In this document: in pieces, positions 54,561 through 64,000 of the stretch | Numbering within the stretch: position 1 is the stretch's first letter | Layout: every line of letters begins with the position of its first letter | Source: Octopus vulgaris | Lineage: Eukaryota | Reading direction: 5' to 3' | Assembly (NCBI GenBank): GCA_951406725.2 | Contig: OX597825.1 | Span: 57,536,001-57,600,000, forward strand | Length of the DNA: 64,000 bases | Position numbers and translations under genes: made by a program | The notes under the pieces: generated by a model | The model's input: the letters and a program-made list of their open reading frames with translations, nothing else | Databases searched by the model: none | What the model was told of the DNA's origin: nothing

Positions 54561-55060
54561 AGAGAAGAATCGTCCCATGTACATTACATAGCTGGTACTT
54601 TAATTACCGATCCAGAAAATTGAAAAGCAAAGTTTACTCTGGCAGGAATTGAACTCAGAGCATAAAATGCCCGAGCTATAATCACAAACTAAATTTATCC
54701 AAGTCTCTAACTACTCTGCCAATGGGCCACCTAAACTCATGTTCATCGACCGGCAGAGACGTCTGGCGAAGTACAAGGACAAGTATATTGGGGAAGATAT
54801 AAAACGACTTAACCTACTTCAAGTTCATAGATAAGTCAGCAGATTTTCGTAGTGTGCTTTGTTGGAGAGGGCATTATCGGCGCACCGTAAATCGTAAGTG
54901 GGAATGGTCTCGTCAGTACATAGTGAAATGGAGAAGGAATACGCGATAGAGGAGTGAGATGCATGGCGCCAGTGGTAAGCAAATTTGGATATTCCAGGAA
55001 TGTGATGTACAAATGTGGTTCTCTGGTAGATCTGGCTTCAGGAAAACATTAGTAGTAGTA

Positions 55061-55158
<98 letters not shown>

Positions 55159-55423
55159 GAGAAAGAGAGTGAGAGAGAGGGGAGATGGAGAGCGAGAGAA
55201 GGAGAGGAAAAGAGGAGATAGCAAAAGAAGAAAAGGAGAGGTGGAGGGAGAGGAGAGGGAGAGCGAGAGAGAAGGAGGAGAAAGGGAGAGATAGAGAAAG
55301 CGAGAGAACACGAGAGTTAGAGAGGAAGAGAGACAGAAAGAAGGAGAAAGAGAGAGGAGAAAATAGAGTGAGAGAGAAAGAAAGGAGAAAGGAGAAAGGA
55401 AGAGAGCGAGTGTGTGTTGAGGA

Positions 55424-55472
55424 TGCTACCGTATTTCGTCTCTCAACGCAGGAGTTGATATCTCATCAGGCA
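55424..55472 (-). ncRNA. Minimal type I hammerhead ribozyme motif with intact core
   Basis: tgc CTGATGA G ata tcaac tcctgc gttga gaga C GAAA TACGG TA gca. Confidence 0.7.
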
Positions 55473-55812
55473 GTGAAAGCAGCTTTGTAGATGTTTCGGT
55501 CCCTTCTACTGTGACAGTAGGGTTGCCCGGGGCCGCCCACGGATGTAAGTGATAAAACTCCGGCACAACAGCAAGAGTTTTGTTGAGAAAAAATATTGCG
55601 ACTCTGGACCGGATCTTTCTACTATTCTCATATGCTCGTTCTTGCTGCAACACGTGTCTTCAGCCAAATGAGAAGACTTGCTTTCTTAGCGGTTTCTGAC
55701 AACATTTTAGCATCCTTTTTCTCTTTACTTCGCAGCTAGTCCAAGACTCTTGACCGTCGAGTTAACCGCGGTTCCAATAAATTCCCTGGCACTTATTTAT
55801 ACAGGAAAGTAT

Positions 55813-56356
55813 ATTAAGTTAAGTTAAGTTAATATTTTGGCTCAAAAAGCAAAAAGCAAGGCCATGTAGGGGGACATGGAGTTATGTACAGGGAGGGTGT
55901 TCATGCAAAGAGTTCAGGCCATTTCTGGTCAAGAGAGACTCTGAATCGAGCGGTCGTCGGCATCTTCACTATCTCGTCCGGCGGCTTATTCCACGGATCC
56001 GCAACCCGGACGGAGAAAGCCCCTCTCCTTCGATTGAGATGAAATCGTCGCAGATAGAGCTTTTCGGAGTGACCCCGCAGCCTACGCTCTGGAGCAGGAG
56101 TGAAGAACAGCTCTTTCGAGAGGTTACACTTTCCGCTTATGATGTTGTGAGCAAGAATGAGATCACCACGGCATCGTCGTTTTTCTAGAGAATAAAGGTC
56201 GAGCGTCTTCAGCCTTTCTTCATAAGACAAATGCTTGAGACCAAGAACCATGTGGGTAGCCAGCTTCTGGACTGTTTCGAGATGATGTATGTCTTTGAGG
56301 AGATAAGGAGAAGAGGCTTGAATCCCGTACTCCAATATGGGTCTCACCAGCGTGAC
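55813..56356 (-). mobile_element. CR1-group LINE 3' end with (AACTT)n tail
   Basis: LVRPILEY...VQKLAT...LSYEERLKTLDLYSLEKRRCRGDLI, a short 3' UTR and a tandem tail. Confidence 0.9.
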
Positions 56357-57092
56357 ATATTACCTCATATCCATTGCTTTCGTCTTTGATGTTCGCTTCT
56401 CAAAGAAATGTCAGCACTACCATCTTTACCACTTTCTTTCCTTGCATCACATGACAACCTAGAGTCTTTTGATGGCAAAACGTGACAAGTAATATTTGTC
56501 ATTAAGGTCAACACAGCCCTTCTAAGTTATCTCTCATTTCGGGTCATTTATTTTTTACATTTACAGTCGCTGGCTTGAAGCCAATAGTCTAAGTACTTGG
56601 GTATACCACCATGTGTATCTGCACTACAGATATATTTGCATTTATAGGTATACATTTGTTTCAAAAGTTGATGAAAAGCCAGCAGTTCCCAGGGAGGGGA
56701 TAAGCCGATTACATCGACCCCGGTACTCAACTGGTACTTATTTTATCGACCACCAAAATAATGTCGACTGTGCCAGAATTTGAACTCATGGCGTAAAAAT
56801 GAACAAACCACCGCTAAGCATTTTACCGCTGTGCTAGCGACTCCGCCAACACTCCACCTTTCTACTCGCCTGTATTAGTAGGCATTTATTTCTTTATATA
56901 GAATAGCCCAAAACTAGGTATATGCTTTAAGATTTTTAAAAATTTTATAACATTTACACTTATTTATTGAAGTTACATTTATTAAAAAGAGTTTAATCTC
57001 ATAAATGCTCGAAATGTCTTCCGACATTGCAATGTTCCTGAAACTTTTCCAAATCATTGCGACACACAGCACGACACCATTATTCACAGTAC

Positions 57093-57357
57093 CCACTGGC
57101 TCGGGAATGAAATTTGGTTAGAGGGTGCAAACCAAGACCCCAAAATATTTACAAAGCATGTTTTTTTGTTTTATTTATTCATGTTCCTTGTTCTTTGAAA
57201 AGAAACCTAATCCAAGGTACTTTTTACAGATCACCTTTTACTCACTGTTTTCTAAATCTAAGAAAAGTAAATAGGGGTGCATATTTTGATTTTGCACACC
57301 ACAAACATTTTAGTGGGTGCAAGCGCACCCTCTGCACCCTCTGTTCCCGGGCCCATA
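57093..57357. mobile_element. Possible hAT-type MITE
   Basis: Ends ggctcgggaa..gagggtgca and tgcaccctc..ttcccgggcc are inverted. Confidence 0.45.
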
Positions 57358-57422
57358 ACAGTACATGTAAAAAAATAAATAAGTTAATTAAAAAAAATGT
57401 ATACCTCCTTTTGGCCCACCCT

Positions 57423-57469
<47 letters not shown>

Positions 57470-57575
57470 TATGCACAAACATATATATATATATATATAT
57501 ATATATGTTTATGCACAAACATCAAAGAAACTTGCAAACCAAATCCAAAAACGAAATACACACACAGACACACAC

Positions 57576-57630
<55 letters not shown>

Positions 57631-57848
57631 TCATGCATATATATATGTATGTATATATATATCGTTCTCTCTCTGTTTTAGGATGTACTTGTAGATCTTT
57701 TATACAGAATTTATATAACCTAATCATAACCTTTTACATTATGAGTGTGTAAAAGCAAATACTCTCATAAACCACATGCCTACATTCATACATGCATGCA
57801 TGCATACATATATGCACGCATGCCCTCATGCATACACACACACATACA

Positions 57849-57882
<34 letters not shown>

Positions 57883-58418
57883 CATACATACTTACATAGA
57901 TGCAGTGATGCTAACAAATTTTCATGTAACCAACATATTTCCTCACACACACACACACACACATCTATCGCTTAGTCATTGCGATACACTCTTGTGTCAT
58001 CTTTTTCTTACGCGCGCGCGCGCACACACACTTATATGTGTGCACGTTTATATAATTGTATATAAATATATACATATAGACATTTACATATACGCACATA
58101 TACAGACACGAGCACTCACACACACACATACATATATACATTTCAATGTTTCACTTCTATTTGGTTTAATTACTTCGAGGTGTCGGCCAAAATCGGTAGG
58201 AACCCTGTCTTATGGAGCCTTAAACAGCATGGCCGGCAATGTCATGCTGTGTGCCTGTGACAATAGGGTAACGCCTCAACTTAAAACAATTGCCTTTTCA
58301 TTGCGCCTCGTGGTTAGACGTTTGTTTTAAGGTCTACCTTTTCCCACGGGACACTCGTGGCCACACACACACACACACAGACATTCACACAAACACACAC
58401 ACTTATAGATGAACACCC

Positions 58419-58482
<64 letters not shown>

Positions 58483-58488
<6 letters not shown>

Positions 58489-58617
58489 AAGCAGCAGAAA
58501 ATTCAACAAAATCTGTTACTCTGAGTTTCTCGTTGCCGTTCATCAGACAGTTTTTGCTGAACGGCAACGAGAAACTCAGAGTAACAGATTTTGTTGAATT
58601 TTCTGCTGCTTAAAATA
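58483..58617. repeat. Perfect hairpin (60-bp arms, 15-nt spacer) with hammerhead-like motif on the minus strand (58519-58550)
   Basis: 58483-58542 is the exact reverse complement of 58558-58617. Minus strand reads CTGATGA a cggcaacga GAAAC TC. Confidence 0.92.
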
Positions 58618-58787
58618 AAGCATATTACTCTACCACTGGTATTTGAGTACTCTTTTTTCCACCTTGCTTCACATTTATGTGTTTACTCCGGTATATATAT
58701 ATATATATATATATAAATATATGAATACACGTACAGATGCAGATTATGTATGTACATATACTATATACATGGATATATATATATATA

Positions 58788-58865
<78 letters not shown>

Positions 58866-59040
58866 TATGTATGTGTATATACATATACATATGTACATAT
58901 GTGTGTATAAGTATATATATATGTATATATATATATATATGTGTGTATATGTGTATGTATATAGATATGTATAAATGTATGTATTTGTCTGTCTGTCTGT
59001 CTATCTATTTATTTATCTATTTATCTATCTATTTATCAAT

Positions 59041-59110
<70 letters not shown>

Positions 59111-59597
59111 GCACACAAACGTACACATATGCATGTATGTAGGGCTGAGGCATATATGTATGATTATATATTAATATGATGATATTTACGACTTAAATCT
59201 TTTACACGAAGAATTTTTTCAGTAAATTTAGTTAACGCCTCTTATACTGGTGGCTTAAATCAGCAGCGAAGAAAGTTGGCTGCTGCGATGAAGTGGTTCT
59301 CAGGATAAGAACTGGTTGGAAAATTTTAGGAACATATCTTTTTTCTGTCTGAGTAAGAGATAGGTTTTATGACCTTGTATACAAAGTCTGATATTGCTTA
59401 GCAGCAACAATATTTGGTCATTAAATAGGGAGGTTGTTGTGAAAGCTAGAAAAATAAGATGAACGTGTTCTGCTAGATGTGTAATGTCAGCGTGCACTAA
59501 CATCAGAACATAGATTGGTTGAAAGGAAAAAAAGTTATCGAAGAATTAATCATAATGTGCAAGAGAAAAAACTTGTATGGGTATGTGGTGCATTTGA

Positions 59598-60177
59598 GGC
59601 GAGCTGGCAGAATCGTTAGCACGCCGGGCGAAATGTTTAGCGGTATTTCGTCTGCCGCTACGTTCTGAGTTCAAATTCCGCCGAGGTCGACTTTGCCTTT
59701 CATCCTCTCCGGGTCGATTAAATAATACCAGTTATGCACTGGGGTCGATATAATCGACTTAATACCTATGTCTGTCCTTGTTTGTCCCCTCTTGTGGGTA
59801 ATAAAGAAATAGGTATTTCGTCTGCCGCTACGTTCTGAGTTCAAATTTCGCCGAGGTCAACTTTGCCTTTCATCCTCTCGGGGTCGATAAATTAAGTACC
59901 AGTTACGCACTGGAGGTCGATGTAATCGACTTAATACCTATGTCTGTCCTTGTTTGTCCCCTATATGTTTAGCCCCTTGTAGGTAATAAAGAAATAGGTA
60001 TTTCGTCTGCCGCTACGTTCTGAGTTCAAATTCCGCCGAGGTCGACTTTGCCTTTCATCCTCTCGGGGTCGATTAAATAAGTACCGGTTACGAACTGGAG
60101 TCAATGTAATCGACTTAATTCGTTTGTCTGTCCTTGTTTGTCCCCTCTATGTTTAGCCCCTTGTGGGCAATAAAGAA
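59598..60177 (+). mobile_element. SINE family B tandem trimer
   Basis: One full head, then two A-box-less units joined at aaagaaata/ggtatttcgtctgcc. Confidence 0.92.
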
Positions 60178-60648
60178 TTATATGTGGTGCAATTGAAGTA
60201 TGACAGTTAGGTAAAGAATTGTCCAGTAATCTGTGTGGAACGAGCCTGCGCAAGAGGATGACAAAGGAAGGCATGTAAGGCATGATGCCCAGTCCTTCGA
60301 AATGGTTGTCGAAAGACCACGATGAGTGACTAGACAGTGAGTCGACTATTAAAATCTCACATTTTGGCATATAAGTTGTCACTGTAACACTTTACAATGT
60401 TTAAAATACAACAGAACAGTTCTAGGATCACATGAGTGCACCGACTGGTACATTTTGGAGAAAGGGTGGGCGAATTCTAGATTTTGTATTGAGTCAAATA
60501 TTTGGAGAAAGATGCAGATAGGAACTGAAAATGGTGTTAGCTTTCACAGCTGACAGGAAAGGAGTTTAGTGCAAATATTGTTAGCGGATGTGATTGTTTA
60601 AAAAGGGATATATCTATGCATGTTTTTATGTATGTATGTATTTACGTA

Positions 60649-60694
<46 letters not shown>

Positions 60695-60954
60695 TGTGTG
60701 TGTGTATTGTATGTATGTATTATCTATATACAGTGTTTGTATGGCATGATTGCCTGCATGTATATGTTGTATGTATTGTACGCATGTATTCTTGTATGTG
60801 TTTTTGTGTGTATGAGTGTGTGTATATATATATATCACACGTGATCACGTGACCGACCAGACCATCAGATGTTGCTACACATCGCTGGTCACAATGCGTT
60901 CGCATTGTTTTAGCCTTCGAATGACGCCACCCCACTGGCTAAGCGAGCAGGCCA

Positions 60955-61141
60955 ACAGAAGAAAGAGTGAGAGAGAAAGAGTTGTGAAAGAGTACAGCAG
61001 GGATCACCACCCCCTGCCGGAGCCTCGTGGAGCTTTTAGGTGTTTTCGCTCAATAAACACACACAACGCCCGGTCTGGGAATCGAAACCGCGATCCTACG
61101 ACCGCGAGTCCGCTGCCCTAACCACTAGGCCATTGCGCCTC

Positions 61142-61144
<3 letters not shown>
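60955..61144 (-). mobile_element. SINE family A 5' half joined to a different 3' segment (~60840-60955)
   Basis: Head is near-identical to family A up to cagaagaaagagtgag. Confidence 0.85.
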
Positions 61145-61234
<90 letters not shown>

Positions 61235-61295
61235 GTGTGTATGTGTAAGCATGCATGTCTCTGTGTATGTGTATGTATATATGCATGTATGTATG

Positions 61296-61327
<32 letters not shown>

Positions 61328-61899
61328 TGTATGTACGTATTTGTGTGTTTGTGTGTGTATATGTGTTTTCTTCTTGATATTTGGTTAAGTTCTTCATAAT
61401 ATTCAACCAAATCACTAACGAAATGACCAGACATTTTTATTTGACTCAAGACAGTTAAAAAAAATTGTGAATATTGTGAGTTTATGTGCGTATATTAGCG
61501 GATGCATATGTGGTTATGATTGCATTCATGTATTGGGTGCACATGTCTCTTTGAAGCACAAGTGTGTCTTTCATTACTGTTTATGTATGTGCGTATGTAA
61601 GTTTGCTATATAAAGTTGGAAACTTTCATGAAGTATAAATTTATTGTATTTGCAGAAAGCGAGTAAGTTGTCTTTGTTCTTTCTTGGAGAACCTCAGTAT
61701 TTCGAGGTTTTTATTCAAAACTGCTATTACATTGTAGATGTATGACGGAGAGTTATTCAAATCCAGTTTGCTTCTATTAGAATCGTTTACCTTTAAAGCG
61801 AAAAAGCAAAACCGACGTATTCGACAGGTATATAAAATATATTTCTGTTAACTTCCCCTGTTCATTCGCATAAGATGTAGAAATTGTTGCGCGCGTGCA

Positions 61900-62373
61900 C
61901 ACAGACACAGAAATTTTCCAAACATTTAGCTGTTATTTTTACCAGTTCATTTTCAATTTTAGACAACGGGATGGTGTAGCGTGGGGTGTATGGATCAATT
62001 TTGGAGTTCTTCATAGAAAATTTGAAATAAATTTATTTTCTATATTCTTAATCATATTTTCCCACGTAGGTTGAAAAAATTTTTTTTAAAAAGTTAAAAA
62101 TTTAAATTTTGAGAGGAGTGGGTAATAAAAAATTTTGAAAACATGGTATTTTGCATATTCGGAATCTTCGTCAGCGTAAACAGGAATCCGCTGAAAAAAA
62201 ATCAAATCGGAAGGGTCGTATGAGGGGAGGGGCTACAACACCCTATATACGGCAAGGGTCAAAATTTGACTCCCTCAGAGCCTTCCCCGGTAATGAAAAA
62301 ACTTCATACCAAATTTGGTACAGATTGATCCGGCTGTTTGGCCGTGCATAGAGGACACACACACAGACAGACA

Positions 62374-62447
<74 letters not shown>

Positions 62448-62478
62448 TACACACACAGAGTGAATTTTATATGTATAA
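61900..62478. mobile_element. Helitron/Helentron-like non-autonomous element (left end uncertain)
   Basis: cataccaaatttgg...ccggctgtttggccgtg followed by a (GACA)/(CA)n tract and ttttatat, the same terminal layout as the other Helitrons here. Confidence 0.5.
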
Positions 62479-63042
62479 ATCATCTGCCATCCATCACCAT
62501 GTGGTGAACTCGACCAATGTTTTCCTTGAGGTGGCAGTTGCAAGACATCGAGACCTTGGGTCATCTTCAAGATACTCCCGTCCCCTCTTTGCGGAAAAAG
62601 ACGACGACGACGACGACGATGATGACGATGACGATGACGACGACGAATAATAATAATAATAATAATTAAATATTTCAAACCCAAAGCTAGTCGCAGTCGA
62701 TTTCATTGCTATCGGTTCACGGAACTTAGCATAGATGTATTTATCAATGGACGTTATTTCCTATTATCATTATTGGTTTTGTAAATGGTGGCTCTAATAA
62801 TCGTGCTTTATCTAAATGCAAAGTAGCTAAAATAGGAAAAGGAAGAGAGGTTGCAGAAACACTAGATGTTTACCTCAAATGATACGGCACATATCGTTCT
62901 TCTAGTCACGCTCTTATCTATATTAATACATGCTTTTTCCTTTGAGATTTCGTGGAATTCAAATCAGTTTCTAAGTAAGTGACAATGCTTCTTTGTTTCC
63001 AAACAATTCCAGACATTTGTGAATATTTGTAGTGAGTTTGCG

Positions 63043-63093
<51 letters not shown>

Positions 63094-63296
63094 CCAAATG
63101 CATGAGTGTTTGTGAATACACTTGCGTTGATGTAATAAGTGTGAAGGGTTCTTTAGAACAAGAGTATGATTCTTTCCTTTTGATATAGAACTATAACGTG
63201 TGTGTATGTATATGTGTGTATGTGTATGTATGTGTGTTTGTGTATGTGTGTGTGTGGATGTATGTACGCTTTGTGTGTAAGTGTGTCCACAATATA

Positions 63297-64000
63297 CGAG
63301 AATCGGCTGAAAAGTTCATAGAATGATCAAGATACTTTCATGGAATGTGACCAAATGGGGTTTATTTTTCAACTTAGTCCTCCTTACGGTCCACGCGCTT
63401 CTTCCGCCGGTGTTGTAGTGCTTAGATCCTATTGGTGAAGACGCTTTCCCCATGTTGGTAAAAAAAGTCATAATCAGATGGGGCCAAATCAAGAGAATCA
63501 ACCAGTTAAAAGACACAGCCACGCATGGATGCCATTTTTGTACTGGAGCATTGTTCTTATGAAGTTTTCCTGGCCGTTTGATCTTGATAACTTTTCGTAA
63601 TTTCCTCGACTCTTTGAGTAATAATCACAGTGCGTTTTGCATCCAACAAAACTGAGGTTATCATCTTCACCTTGACCTTCTTTAGAGCAGGTGAATGGGG
63701 GTGTTTCCATAGCATGGATTGTCTCTTTGTCTCTGGCTCAAAATGATGAACCTAACACTCATCCTGGGTTAGGAAACATTCAAGAAAACTAGCTGGATCT
63801 GCCTGAAGCAATGTCAGATTTTCCTGTGATGTGATTAGTCTGGTACGCTTTTGATCAGATGTCATAAGACATGGCATCCACTGAGTAGATACCACGTCAT
63901 GCCAAGTTCGTTGTGCAGAATATTCTCAACTCTCTCTCTCTCGATATGCTAAAAGCATTGGCTATTTGATTTATAGACAACTGTCTGTCATGCATACAGT
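63297..64000 (-). mobile_element. Mariner remnant running to the window edge
   Basis: TA-CGAG...GAAAAGTTC terminus. Minus strand gives decayed GKLHKNNAPV and DLAPSDYDFF motifs. Confidence 0.75.

Noticed and set aside
59598-60177. CRISPR-like repeat array
   Set aside because: The units are whole SINE bodies without unique spacers, there are no cas genes, and the context is eukaryotic.

Overview
AT-rich, microsatellite-dense animal DNA, intergenic or intronic. The SINE repertoire and repeat density resemble octopus, but that assignment is from recall and unverified. No host protein-coding gene is recognisable; most ORFs are microsatellite artefacts or transposon remnants. Recognisable elements are: two Ty3/Gypsy lineages (one copy complete with LTRs and TSD, nested in a Helitron), a Tc1 element with long TIRs, three mariner remnants, non-autonomous Helitrons, a hAT BED-finger remnant, CR1, RTE and R4/Dong-like LINE fragments, and three tRNA-derived SINE families. 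The most notable pattern is a set of sequence-diverse, mostly non-coding Penelope-type or retrozyme-like insertions. They carry minimal hammerhead ribozyme motifs, mostly sit in or next to (TA)n tracts, and repeatedly form inverted-repeat hairpins or direct terminal repeats. One has a tRNA-like Pol III cassette just upstream of the ribozyme. All folds and alignments were read by eye.
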